A stretch of DNA of 64,000 bases from Candidatus Omnitrophota bacterium. GTDB taxonomy: Bacteria > Omnitrophota > Gorgyraeia > Aquiviventales > Aquiviventaceae. The stretch is from the NCBI GenBank assembly GCA_016180575.1, contig JACPAY010000001.1, positions 64,857 to 128,856 on the forward strand, in the 5' to 3' direction. This document shows positions 18,407-26,701 of this stretch, piece by piece. Position 1 is the stretch's first letter, and every line of letters starts with the position of its first letter. The translations under genes and the position numbers were made by a program. The notes under the pieces are model-generated. The model had not been told where the DNA came from, ran no database searches, and worked only from the letters and a program-made list of their open reading frames with translations.

Positions 18407-18460
18407 GCTGAATCCGAAGGGTGTGTGCGGTGCGTGAGCGACGACGTGTGGAGCGGCTCG

Positions 18461-18489
18461 ATTGTACCGGAGCCCCGTGCTGGTGTCAA
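18461..18489 (-). promoter_or_regulatory. sigma70-type promoter of the hisG operon
   Basis: Minus-strand TTGACA (18489-18484), a 17-nt spacer, then TACAAT (18466-18461), about 55 nt upstream of the hisG ATG. Confidence 0.6.
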
Positions 18490-18502
18490 CCCGATGCCGC
18501 CC

Positions 18503-18535
18503 TTGTCCCCTGCGCGGGGGAAGCGTAGAATAGCC
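18503..18535 (+). promoter_or_regulatory. leaderless-type promoter cassette P1 (ppiD-like gene)
   Basis: TTGTCC-N17-TAGAAT with ATG 11 nt after the -10 and no SD. It shares TTGTC-N5-CGCGGGGG-N5-TAGAMTAGCC with 35763-35795. Confidence 0.55.
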
Positions 18536-18542
18536 GGACCCG

Positions 18543-20132
18543 ATGTTCAAGCGGTTGATTGTTTCGCACCGGATGCGCCGGCGCGTCAGCTGGCTCATCG
18601 CGGCCATCCTCATCCTGCCCTTCATCTTCTTCTTCCACGCCACCGGCCGAGCGCCGTCCCGCGGTCCGGGCGGGACGGCCGGGATCGTCTTCGGCAAGCC
18701 CATCGACTGGGACACGTTCCAGGACGAGCGGCGCTCGGTCCAGCGCCAGTTCGAAGAGCAGTTTGCCGCCCAGTTCGACGCGCTGGGCGAGCTGCTGCAG
18801 CCGATGATCACCGGGGCCGCCTGGGACCGCCTCATCGTGCTCGAAGAAGCCCGCCGGAGGCGGCTGCAGGTGGATGACGCGGAGGTGGCGGCATCCATCC
18901 GGCAGTTGCCCGAGCTCCAGGAGGAGGGCCGGTTCCATCCTGAGCGGTACCATCGGCTCCTGCAGCTTTCCGGGACCACCCCGCAGGCGTTCGAATCACG
19001 GATCCGCCGGGGCCTGCTCATCGAGAAGCTCGTCAGCTCCATCCGGAACGCGGTGACGGTCAGCGACGAGGAGGTGCGCGCCGCCTACCGCAAGGCGCGC
19101 GAGGCTCGCACCGCGTCGCTCGTCCTCTTCGATCCCGCCGCGGCCGCCGAGGAGGCCGCCGCAGCGCTCACCGAGGAGGAGCTGCGCGCCGCCTACGGCG
19201 CCCAGCTTGACACGCTGCGGGTCCCCGAGCAGCTGCGCCTCGAGTACGCCGGGCTCACGCGCGAGGAGATGAGCGCCTCGCTCCAGCTCACCGACGAGGA
19301 CATCCGCGGATTCTACGACACCCACCCGGACCAGTTTGCCCGGAGCGACGGGACGCTGAAGCCCTATGAGGAGGTCCGGGAGGAGGCCCGCCGGCAGCTC
19401 CTGGAGGAGCGGGCGCGCCAGCGGCTGGCCACGCTTGCCGTGGACCTGGAGGAGGACCTCAAGGTCCCGCTCCGGTTCGAAGAGATCATCGCGGCGCGAG
19501 GGCTCTCGCGGCACGCGGCCGGCCCGTTTCCCGCCGGGGCGTCCCACGCGGCCGGCGTGCCGGACCCGGCGATCCTCCAGGCAACCGAGGGGCTGGCCGA
19601 GGGCCGGGTGAGCGGCGTGATTGACACGGGCAGCGCCGTGTATCTTGCCCGGATCACGCAGCGCCTCCCGCCCCGCCTGCCGCCGTTCGAGGAGGCGCGC
19701 GGCGAGGTGCGCTCGACGCTGATCAGGGAGCGCGCGCGGGCCAAGGTCCGGGCGGATGCCGAGGCGTTCCGGAACCGAGTGGCGAATGAGCCGAGGCTCC
19801 GCTTTGAAGAAGCGGCCCTGGCGGCGGGCATCGCCCCCATGCCGGTGGAGGTGCGCCGGGGCCAGCCCTTCGACCCCATCGGCTACCAGGAAGCGCTCAA
19901 CGAGGCGGCCTTCGCGGTCCCGCTGGGCGGCCTCACCGAGGTGTTCGACACCCCGCGCGGGTTCGCCCTCCTCCGGCCGGAAACGCACCTGCCAGCGGAT
20001 GAGTCCCTGTTCGCCGAGGAGGCCCAGACCTTCCGGCCGCAGGTGGAAACCGAACGGCGCAACGCCCGCTTGGCGGAGTGGCTGGAGGAGGTCCGGGCCC
20101 GCGCGAAGCTGCGCAGCTTCGTGGAGGACTAG
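18543..20132 (+). CDS. PpiD/SurA-N-like periplasmic chaperone (peptidyl-prolyl isomerase-like)
   Basis: 529 aa. N-terminal membrane anchor (VSWLIAAILILPFIFFF), a SurA-N-like helical region and a parvulin-like region near the C-terminus. The assignment rests on general architecture only. Confidence 0.6.
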   Translation: MFKRLIVSHRMRRRVSWLIAAILILPFIFFFHATGRAPSRGPGGTAGIVFGKPIDWDTFQDERRSVQRQFEEQFAAQFDALGELLQPMITGAAWDRLIVLEEARRRRLQVDDAEVAASIRQLPELQEEGRFHPERYHRLLQLSGTTPQAFESRIRRGLLIEKLVSSIRNAVTVSDEEVRAAYRKAREARTASLVLFDPAAAAEEAAAALTEEELRAAYGAQLDTLRVPEQLRLEYAGLTREEMSASLQLTDEDIRGFYDTHPDQFARSDGTLKPYEEVREEARRQLLEERARQRLATLAVDLEEDLKVPLRFEEIIAARGLSRHAAGPFPAGASHAAGVPDPAILQATEGLAEGRVSGVIDTGSAVYLARITQRLPPRLPPFEEARGEVRSTLIRERARAKVRADAEAFRNRVANEPRLRFEEAALAAGIAPMPVEVRRGQPFDPIGYQEALNEAAFAVPLGGLTEVFDTPRGFALLRPETHLPADESLFAEEAQTFRPQVETERRNARLAEWLEEVRARAKLRSFVED

Positions 20133-20479
20133 AGCGCGGCCGACCAGGTGTGGTCGGAGAAGTCGAACGGCTTGGTGACGTAGCCGGCCGCCCCGAGGAA
20201 GTACGCCTCGCGGCGCAGCTCATCCCGGTCGAGGGCCGTCACCATGATGATCCGCGCCGTCGGGTGGAGCGCCCTGACGCGCTTGAGGAGCTCAAGCCCG
20301 GAGAGGCCGGGCAACAGGATGTCGAGCAGGATGACGTCCGGCGAGGTACCGGCTTGGAGCCGCTCCAGCGCCTCCTCCGCGCTGAAGGCCGACGCGACCG
20401 CGAAGCCCTTGGCGCTGAAGAACTGCTCGAGGCAGTCGCAGATATCGCGCTCGTCCTCCACGATGAGCATCTGCCGCAT
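20129..20479 (-). CDS. single-domain response regulator (CheY-like receiver)
   Basis: 116 aa: MLIVEDE..., LLDILLPGLSGLELL, IIMVTA and GYVTKPF. Confidence 0.85.
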   Translation of the reverse strand: MRQMLIVEDERDICDCLEQFFSAKGFAVASAFSAEEALERLQAGTSPDVILLDILLPGLSGLELLKRVRALHPTARIIMVTALDRDELRREAYFLGAAGYVTKPFDFSDHTWSAAL

Positions 20480-20492
20480 CCGCTACTCCTCC

Positions 20493-20531
20493 CCGGTATC
20501 AGATACCAAAGCGAGTTTGGTATCTGATACC
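20493..20531. repeat. Family A palindromic pair, copy A2
   Basis: CCGGTATCAGATACCAAA-gcgag-TTTGGTATCTGATACC. 16-bp stem and 5-nt loop, immediately upstream of the SD of the CheY-like gene. Confidence 0.9.
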
Positions 20532-20695
20532 AAAATGGGCTGCTGAAGCCTTCGCTTCGGCAGCCCACCCTTCCGGTGCGACGCACCGGACGCGCGGCTT
20601 TGCGTCCCCCGCTCACGCGGGGTTTGCCTTTCTCGGCGTCCGCGTTGTCTGGTTATAGTCTGCCTGATGCCGGGCGGGATTGGCAAGGGGCGGGG

Positions 20696-21157
20696 CTACT
20701 TTGCCTTGAGGGCGAGGAGCTCCTTGAGCTCCCGCATGAACTGCTCGACGTCCTTGAACTCCCGGTAGACCGACGCGAACCGCACGTAGGCGACGGGGTC
20801 GAGCGCGTGGAGCTTGCGCATCACGCGCTCGCCGATCTCGCGCGACGGCACCTCCCGCTCGAACTGCTGGGAGAGCTCCCGCTCCAGGTCGTCCACCAGC
20901 CGCTCCAGGTCGTCCATGCTCACCGGGCGCTTCTCGCACGCCTTGACGAGCCCGGCCAGCAGCTTGTGCCGGTCGAACGGCTCGCGGCGGCCGTCCTTCT
21001 TGATGACCATGAGCGGCTGCTCCTCCACGTGCTCGTAGGTCGTGAACCGCTTGCCGCACTTCAGGCACTCGCGCCGCCGGCGGACGGAGGCGCCGTCGCC
21101 GCTGCCGCGCGAGTCCACGACCTTGTCCTCCTGGTGGCCGCAGAAGGGGCACTTCAT
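20696..21157 (-). CDS. nrdR: transcriptional repressor NrdR
   Basis: 153 aa: MKCPFCGH...VVDSR......[15 protein letters not shown] zinc ribbon plus an ATP-cone. Confidence 0.93.
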   Translation of the reverse strand: MKCPFCGHQEDKVVDSRGSGDGASVRRRRECLKCGKRFTTYEHVEEQPLMVIKKDGRREPFDRHKLLAGLVKACEKRPVSMDDLERLVDDLERELSQQFEREVPSREIGERVMRKLHALDPVAYVRFASVYREFKDVEQFMRELKELLALKAK

Positions 21158-22407
21158 GGCGCCCGCAGCTCCGGATAGAGCGGGAACCGGTCCGCCAGCG
21201 CCGCGACCTTGCGCGCCACGTCGGACGGGGCGGCCGGGTCGCCGCGGCGCGTGAGCGTTTCGTCGATGAGCTCGGCGACGGTGCGCATCTCCGCTTCCCG
21301 CATCCCCCGGGTGGTGAGCGCTGGGCTGCCGAGGCGGATTCCACTGGCCTTGCCGGGGGGGAGCGGGTCGAAGGGGATGGCGTTCTTGTTGACGGTGATG
21401 CGGGCCTGCCCGAGGAGCTCCTGCGCTTCCTTCCCGGTGAGCCCCTTCGGCGTCAGGTCCACGAGCAGGAGGTGGTTATCGGTGCCGCCGGAGACGATGC
21501 GGTAGCCGCGCTCGGCAAGCGCCGCCGCCAGCGCCCGCGCGTTGGCCACGACCTGCCGCTGGTAGGCCCGGAACGCGGGCGCCGCCGCTTCCTTGAAGCA
21601 GACCGCCTTCGCGGCGATGACGTGCATGAGCGGCCCGCCCTGGTTGCCGGGGAAGTTCGCCGAGTCGATCGCTTTCGCGTGGGTGCTCCGGCAGAGGATG
21701 AACCCGCCGCGCGGCCCGCGCAGCGTCTTGTGCGTCGTGGAAGTCACAAACTCGGCGTGGGGAACCGGATTGGGGTAGACGCCGGCGGCCACGAGCCCCG
21801 CGAAGTGGGCCATGTCGACGAGCAGGAGCGCCCCGACCGCGTCGGCGATCTTGCGGAAGCGCGGGAAGTCCAGCGTCCGCGGGTGGGCGGAGTAGCCCGC
21901 GAGGATGAGCTTCGGCTTGTGCTCCCGGGCCAGCGCCTCCACCGCATCGTAGTCGATCTGCTCGGTGTCCCGGCTGACGCCGTACGGCACGATGGTGAAG
22001 AACCGGCCGGAGAAGTTCTTCGGGTGGCCGTGCGAGAGATGGCCGCCGTGCGCCAGGCTCATCGCGAGGATGGTGTCGCCCGGCTGGAGCGTGGCGTAGA
22101 AGACGGTGATGTTGGCCTGGGTGCCGGAGTGCGGCTGGACGTTTGCGTGCTCCGCGCCGAAGAGTGATTTGACCCGCTCGATGGCCAGGCGCTCCGCCAC
22201 GTCGACGAACTCGCAGCCGCCGTACCACCGCGCGCCGGGGTAGCCCTCGGCGTACTTGTTGGTCAGGATGGAGCCTTGCGCCTCCAGGACGGCCAGGCTC
22301 GTGAAGTTCTCCGACGCGATCAGCTCCAGGTGCTCGCGCTGGCGCTGCAGCTCGCGCTGGATCGCGTCCGCGATCTCAGGATCCACTGCCCGCAGATGTG
22401 ACATCAT
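21154..22407 (-). CDS. glyA: serine hydroxymethyltransferase
   Basis: 417 aa with [21 protein letters not shown] and [14 protein letters not shown]. Confidence 0.96.
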   Translation of the reverse strand: MMSHLRAVDPEIADAIQRELQRQREHLELIASENFTSLAVLEAQGSILTNKYAEGYPGARWYGGCEFVDVAERLAIERVKSLFGAEHANVQPHSGTQANITVFYATLQPGDTILAMSLAHGGHLSHGHPKNFSGRFFTIVPYGVSRDTEQIDYDAVEALAREHKPKLILAGYSAHPRTLDFPRFRKIADAVGALLLVDMAHFAGLVAAGVYPNPVPHAEFVTSTTHKTLRGPRGGFILCRSTHAKAIDSANFPGNQGGPLMHVIAAKAVCFKEAAAPAFRAYQRQVVANARALAAALAERGYRIVSGGTDNHLLLVDLTPKGLTGKEAQELLGQARITVNKNAIPFDPLPPGKASGIRLGSPALTTRGMREAEMRTVAELIDETLTRRGDPAAPSDVARKVAALADRFPLYPELRAP

Positions 22408-22964
22408 GCACCACCTTTCAAAGTACCGGGTACTTTTCCCGCTTTGGGAAGTACGCGGTACTTTTTCTCGAGGGCGGCGATCTGCTTCACGCGGCGCTCA
22501 TGCCGCCCGCCCGACTCGAAGGGGGTCGCGAGCCACACCTCCGTGATGCGCCTGGCCCGCGCCTCGCTCAGCTTCTCCGCCCCCAGCACGAGGATGTTCG
22601 CGTCGTTGTGGCTGCGGCTGCGCTCCGCATCGAAGGGATCATGGCAGACCGCCGCGCGGATGCCCGGCACCTTGTTCGCCGCGATGGCGATCCCGATCCC
22701 GGACTTGCACAGCAGGATGCCCCGGTCGAACGCCCCCTGCGCCACCGCCGCGGCGACCCGGCCGCCGATCGCCGGATAGTCGCACGGCGCCGCGGAATGG
22801 GTGCCCAGGTCCGCCACCTCCAGCCCCCTCGCCCTCAGCAGCGCCACCAGCTTCGCCTTGAGCTGGAAGCCGCCGTGGTCCGCGCCGACCGCGACCCGAA
22901 CAGGTCCGGTATCAGATACCTTCGAGTGTCTGGATATCTTCTTTTGGTATCTGATACCGGTCAT
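22404..22964 (-). CDS. rpiB: ribose-5-phosphate isomerase B with repeat-encoded N- and C-terminal extensions
   Basis: 186 aa. The core is [13 protein letters not shown]...[20 protein letters not shown]...[13 protein letters not shown]. The only in-frame start is ATG 22964 (ATGA overlap), so repeat A3 is translated as [21 protein letters not shown]. The 3' end reads through repeat B2. Confidence 0.9.
   Translation of the reverse strand: MTGIRYQKKISRHSKVSDTGPVRVAVGADHGGFQLKAKLVALLRARGLEVADLGTHSAAPCDYPAIGGRVAAAVAQGAFDRGILLCKSGIGIAIAANKVPGIRAAVCHDPFDAERSRSHNDANILVLGAEKLSEARARRITEVWLATPFESGGRHERRVKQIAALEKKYRVLPKAGKVPGTLKGGA
22420..22466. repeat. Family B hairpin repeat, copy B2 (inside the rpiB 3' coding end)
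   Basis: AAAGTACCGGGTACTTTTCCCGCTTTGGGAAGTACGCGGTACTTTTT. It is read through as ..[20 protein letters not shown]. Confidence 0.9.
22906..22960. repeat. Family A palindromic pair, copy A3 (translated as the rpiB N-terminus)
   Basis: CCGGTATCAGATACC (22906-22920), a 25-nt spacer, then GGTATCTGATACCGG (22946-22960). Confidence 0.9.
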
Positions 22965-23437
22965 TGGACGCCGAGCGACTTCGCCACGCGCTCGACCGCC
23001 TCGCGGATCTCCGCAAAGCAGACCTCGTACACCTCGAGCGGCTTGCCGATGGGGTCCGGGATGCCCGCGGGGCCCGCCACCTCGCCCGGCCCGCGGCCGA
23101 AGGGTTTCAAGAGGTGCACCTTCCCGGCGGCGGCCGGCTCGCGCCGGATGACCTCCTCGGCCTGAAACGGCTCCATGACGAACACGAGGTCCGCCGCCCG
23201 GATCATGTCGGGGGTGAGGACCCTCGCCCGGTGGCCCGAGCAATCCACGCCGGCCTCCAGCAGCACGCGCTGCGTCTCCCGGGTCGCGCCCATCCCATCG
23301 ATGGCGAAGACGCCCGCGGATTCGACCTGGACCGCCTCCCTGCCGGCTCGCTGGAGCCGCTGCGTCAGCAGCCCTTCCGCCATGACGCTGCGGCAGCTGT
23401 TGCCGGTGCAGACAAAGAGAATCCGCTTCACATTCAT
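22961..23437 (-). CDS. low-molecular-weight protein phosphatase (YwlE-like; Tyr/Arg phosphatase family)
   Basis: 158 aa from ATG 23437. Contains RILFVCTGNSCRS (the CX5R P-loop) and DPIG near the C-terminus. It occupies the ywlE position in tsaC-ywlE-rpiB-glyA synteny. Confidence 0.85.
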   Translation of the reverse strand: MNVKRILFVCTGNSCRSVMAEGLLTQRLQRAGREAVQVESAGVFAIDGMGATRETQRVLLEAGVDCSGHRARVLTPDMIRAADLVFVMEPFQAEEVIRREPAAAGKVHLLKPFGRGPGEVAGPAGIPDPIGKPLEVYEVCFAEIREAVERVAKSLGVQ

Positions 23438-23442
23438 CAGCT

Positions 23443-23491
23443 GAGACAGGAGACAAGAGACGGGAGACAGGTGGGGGCTGTCTCCTGTCTC
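23443..23491. repeat. Family C heptamer palindrome at the tsaC/ywlE-like junction
   Basis: GAGACAG GAGACAA GAGACGG GAGACAG gtggggg CTGTCTC CTGTCTC. The tsaC stop lies in the last unit. Confidence 0.9.
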
Positions 23492-24113
23492 ATGTTGTTC
23501 CGATGATTGCCATGATGGCGTCTTTTGGGATCGCCCCTGCCCGGCGGATCTCGACGCGCCCGTCGCGCACCTCCACGACGGTCGATTCGCGCCCCAGGCG
23601 GGTCGGCCCGCCGTCGAGGATGCAGTCGATCGAGCCGTCCAGGGCGGCGAGCACCTCGCTCGCATCCGTCGGCGGCGGCGAGCCCGACCGGTTGGCGCTG
23701 GGGGCCACGACGGGGACCCCGCACGCCTGGAGAAACACCCGCGCGATGGGGTGGTCCGGCAGCCGGAAGCCGACGGTCTTGCCGTCCGCTCCCGGCATCA
23801 CGATGGTCAGGGGGCCTGGCCAGAACCGTTTCATGAGCGTCGCGGCCAGCGGCGGCACCGAGGCCACGAAGGGGCCCACCTGATCGGGCGCATGGATGTG
23901 CAGCGAATACGGTTTGTCGGGCGGCCGCCCCTTGACCCGGTCCAGCCGCTCGATGGCCGCGGGATTGGCGGCATCGGCCCCGAGGCCGTAGACCGTCTCG
24001 GTCGGGAACGCCACCAGCCCGCCGCCGCGCAGGATCTTCGCGGCCTCCGCGATCAGCGCCGGATCCGGCGCATCACCCGCCACCCCGAAGATCCGCGGCG
24101 TGCTAGAAGTCAT
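23490..24113 (-). CDS. tsaC: L-threonylcarbamoyladenylate synthase (TsaC/YrdC/Sua5 family)
   Basis: 207 aa from ATG 24113 with VAFPTETVYGLGADA, KGRP..KP and SANRSG. The 266-aa track ORF is over-extended. Confidence 0.9.
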   Translation of the reverse strand: MTSSTPRIFGVAGDAPDPALIAEAAKILRGGGLVAFPTETVYGLGADAANPAAIERLDRVKGRPPDKPYSLHIHAPDQVGPFVASVPPLAATLMKRFWPGPLTIVMPGADGKTVGFRLPDHPIARVFLQACGVPVVAPSANRSGSPPPTDASEVLAALDGSIDCILDGGPTRLGRESTVVEVRDGRVEIRRAGAIPKDAIMAIIGTT

Positions 24114-24310
24114 CCCAACACCTCTCGGGGCGGGTCCTGCCGCCTCCGGCACCCCGCCGTCCGTCCTCGTCCCGCCGATGGCGGGACTGCGGCCGGCGGC
24201 AGGGGCCCCCCTCGCCGGGGGCGGCCCCCCTCTGGCTCGCTGACGCTCGCCATCTCCCCCGTCTTGCGGGGGAGTCACCTCCAGCGTCACCCGCCAGAGG
24301 GGTGTTGGGA
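24113..24310 (-). promoter_or_regulatory. structured tsaC 5' leader with SD/AUG-sequestering long-range helix
   Basis: In the RNA sense, UCCCAACACCCCUCU (24310-24296) can pair with AGAGGUGUUGGGA (24125-24113). The second strand contains the SD GAGAGG and the A of the AUG. The helix encloses hairpins CUCCCCCG-caaga-CGGGGGAG and the E2 element. Confidence 0.4.
24132..24205. repeat. Family E long imperfect hairpin, copy E2
   Basis: GGGTCCTGCCGC (24132-43) and CCGTCCTCGTCCCGCCGATGGCGGGACTGCGG (24161-92) are exact reverse complements of 60034-60045 and 59987-60018. Confidence 0.8.
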
Positions 24311-24323
24311 TGGCTCCTGATCA

Positions 24324-24821
24324 TCAGCGCGGCAGCCGCCGGTCGGCCTTCCGGTTGCTCGCGGTCAGCTGGCGCTTGTGGGCCGCCAGCGCGCGCGCGA
24401 GGCGCGCGTCGCGGAGCGCCAGGCACTGGACCGCGAGGATGGCGGCGTTGGCGGCATTGTCGATTCCCACCGTCGCCACCGGGACGCCCTTGGGCATCTG
24501 GACCGTTGACAGGAGGCTGTCGAACCCCTTGAGGCTCTTGGTATTGATGGGCACGCCGATGACCGGCAGGGTCGTGTGGGCCGCCACGACGCCGGCCAGA
24601 TGGGCCGCCCCGCCCGCCCCCGCGATGACAATCTTCAGGCCCCGCGCCGCCGCGGCGCTGGCATAGCGGCGCACGAGCTCAGGGCTGCGGTGCGCCGACA
24701 AGACGCGCGCCTCGCACGGCACGCCGAAGCCCTGGAGCGTCTTCACCGCCTGCTCCATCACCGGCCAATCCGAATCGGACCCCATCAGGATGCCCACCAC
24801 CGGTCGCGGCGTCATCGGCAC
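24324..24821 (-). CDS. purE: N5-carboxyaminoimidazole ribonucleotide mutase
   Basis: 165 aa with [16 protein letters not shown] and [20 protein letters not shown]. Confidence 0.95.
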   Translation of the reverse strand: MPMTPRPVVGILMGSDSDWPVMEQAVKTLQGFGVPCEARVLSAHRSPELVRRYASAAAARGLKIVIAGAGGAAHLAGVVAAHTTLPVIGVPINTKSLKGFDSLLSTVQMPKGVPVATVGIDNAANAAILAVQCLALRDARLARALAAHKRQLTASNRKADRRLPR

Positions 24822-24825
24822 CTCG

Positions 24826-26112
24826 TCAATGGCTCGAGACGGGTTTCTTCAGGGCGCGGAACCCGATGTCCTTCCGGTACGCCATCCCCTCGAAACGGAT
24901 CGCCCCGATCGCGTCGTAGGCGCGCCTCAGCGCCCTCTCCAGGTCCGGACCCGTGGCGACGACGTTCAGCACGCGCCCGCCCCAGCTGAGGAACCGCTCC
25001 TTGTCTTTCTTCGTCCCGGCGTGGAACACGAGCAGGCCGGGAGGCTGCTTGTCCTGGCCCAACCCCTGGATCTCCTTGCCGATCGGGAAGTCGCCTGGGT
25101 AGCCGCCCGACGCCAGCACCACGCACGCGCAGCTGCCCGGCGCCCAGCGGCACTGCGCCGTCGAGAGCCTGCCCTCGACCGCGTCGTCGAGGATGGGCAC
25201 GAGGTCGCTCGACAGGAGGGGCAGGATCGCCTGGAGCTCCGGATCGCCGAAGCGGACGTTGTACTCCAGGACCTTCGGGCCGTCGCCCGTCAGCATCAGC
25301 CCCGCGAAGAGGACGCCCTTGAAGGTGAGCCCCTCGGCCGCCATCGCCCGCAGCGTCGGCGTGATGATCTGGTCCATGACCTGCGCGGCCAGCGCCGCAT
25401 CGACGACGGGCGCCGGCGCGTAGGCGCCCATCCCGCCGGTGTTCGGCCCCTTGTCGCCGTCGAGGAGCCGCTTGTGGTCCTGCGCCGGCAGGAGCGGCAG
25501 CGCCGTGACGCCGTCGGTCACGACGATGATCGAGGCCTCCTCGCCGACGAGCCGCTCCTCCACCACGATGCGCTCCCCCGCCTGCTTGAAGATGCGGTCC
25601 TCCATGAGGAGGTCGACCGCGCCGAGCGCCTCGCTGAGCGTGCTGGCGACGATGGTGCCCTTCCCGCCGCAGAGGCCGTCCGCCTTCACCACGATCGGCG
25701 CGCCGAGCTGCCGGACGTAGGCGCGCGCCGCCTGGGGATCGTCGAAGACGGCGAACTGCCCGGTCGGGATGTGGTACTTCTTCATGAGGTTCTTGGCGAA
25801 CGCCTTGCTGGACTCCAGGCGCGCCGCCGCCTTCGTCGGGCCGAAGATCCGCAAGCCCCGCTTCTCGAAGAGGTCCACGATGCCCTTCGCCAGCGTCATC
25901 TCGGGCCCGACCACCGTGAGGTCGATGTCCTTGTTCTCGGCGAACTCCGCCAGCCCCTCGATGTCCTCCGCCCCCAGGTCGACGAGCTCGGCGAGCTCGC
26001 CGATGCCCCCGTTGCCCGGGGCGCAGAAGAGCTTGGTCACCTCGGGCGATTGAGCCAGCTTCCAGATCAGCGCGTGTTCCCGTCCACCAGACCCCACAAC
26101 TAATACTCGCAT
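24826..26112 (-). CDS. purD: phosphoribosylamine--glycine ligase
   Basis: 428 aa from ATG 26112: [21 protein letters not shown]-grasp fold. Confidence 0.95.
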   Translation of the reverse strand: MRVLVVGSGGREHALIWKLAQSPEVTKLFCAPGNGGIGELAELVDLGAEDIEGLAEFAENKDIDLTVVGPEMTLAKGIVDLFEKRGLRIFGPTKAAARLESSKAFAKNLMKKYHIPTGQFAVFDDPQAARAYVRQLGAPIVVKADGLCGGKGTIVASTLSEALGAVDLLMEDRIFKQAGERIVVEERLVGEEASIIVVTDGVTALPLLPAQDHKRLLDGDKGPNTGGMGAYAPAPVVDAALAAQVMDQIITPTLRAMAAEGLTFKGVLFAGLMLTGDGPKVLEYNVRFGDPELQAILPLLSSDLVPILDDAVEGRLSTAQCRWAPGSCACVVLASGGYPGDFPIGKEIQGLGQDKQPPGLLVFHAGTKKDKERFLSWGGRVLNVVATGPDLERALRRAYDAIGAIRFEGMAYRKDIGFRALKKPVSSH

Positions 26113-26113
26113 C

Positions 26114-26686
26114 TCACTTCTCCCCCTGAACAGTCGATGTCGGCGGCGTAAAATAAAACGCAACTCCAATCAGCACAAGAAACACCACGAGTGAGGGCAA
26201 TTCAGATGCCGTGCCACCGCGAAGATGTTGTAACATCGCCATGGCATCCTGAATGGCGGTGGGATATCCTCGCACAATTCCAACCACCACCGCGCCGAAC
26301 GCCCAGCCAGCAGCACGTATGAACAAGGGCCATGAAATGAGTGATGAGGTCGTCATGCTCCACCAATATTGGCCGCCGCCCAGTGGCAACAGTTTGATCG
26401 CAAGAAGCGATGACGCCAACGTGAGATACCCACCAACAAGCCAGCAGGCCACTCGTCCAAATGCCCTTCTTTGCATCTGGAGTCTTGAGATGAGCCAGGC
26501 CGGCACGAGGGCCAACAATGCGCTACAAATAGACGCCAACGCAAAAATGGGTGCAAGGTCAGATGCGGCCAGACCTTCAAGGAATCCGAGCCCTGGGCGC
26601 CTCCACACATAAGTGACCCAGTATCCCAAGGCAGGAGCCGGAGAAACTACGAACCAAACCACGACCCATCTCCATCGTCCCCGCAT
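26114..26686 (-). CDS. hypothetical polytopic membrane protein (about 5 TM), low-G+C orphan inside the pur operon
   Basis: 190-aa ORF filling the purM-purD gap exactly. Five hydrophobic segments and no motif I recognise. Hand-counted G+C is 52-57% in four 60-nt lines, against 67% in flanking lines. Confidence 0.5.
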   Translation of the reverse strand: MRGRWRWVVVWFVVSPAPALGYWVTYVWRRPGLGFLEGLAASDLAPIFALASICSALLALVPAWLISRLQMQRRAFGRVACWLVGGYLTLASSLLAIKLLPLGGGQYWWSMTTSSLISWPLFIRAAGWAFGAVVVGIVRGYPTAIQDAMAMLQHLRGGTASELPSLVVFLVLIGVAFYFTPPTSTVQGEK

Positions 26687-26701
26687 CTCGTTAAATCTGC
26701 C

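Noticed and set aside
18407-18460. Histidine-operon leader peptide or attenuator upstream of hisG.
   Set aside because: There are scattered CAC codons but no small ORF with a start codon and tandem His codons. No terminator/antiterminator pair is evident.
16002-19042. Very long minus-strand ORFs (691 aa at 16002..18077 and 520 aa at 17480..19042) that suggest giant fusion proteins.
   Set aside because: Their N-terminal halves are Arg/Gly/Pro-rich read-through of the upstream gene in another frame. The recognisable proteins (the TPR lipoprotein and HisG) start internally. I applied the same trimming to lpxA, skp, rplI, rpsF, tsaC, purD/F/M/Q/S, sodC, apt, msrA and others.
20537-20633. Three hairpins in the nrdR-to-CheY-like spacer. 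One of them (CCCCGC-tcac-GCGGGG followed by TTTGCCTTTCT) is terminator-like on the plus strand.
   Set aside because: No plus-strand gene or promoter feeds into it, and on the transcribed minus strand it lacks a U-tract. I could not decide between an antisense sRNA terminator and incidental structure, so I left it unreported as a feature.
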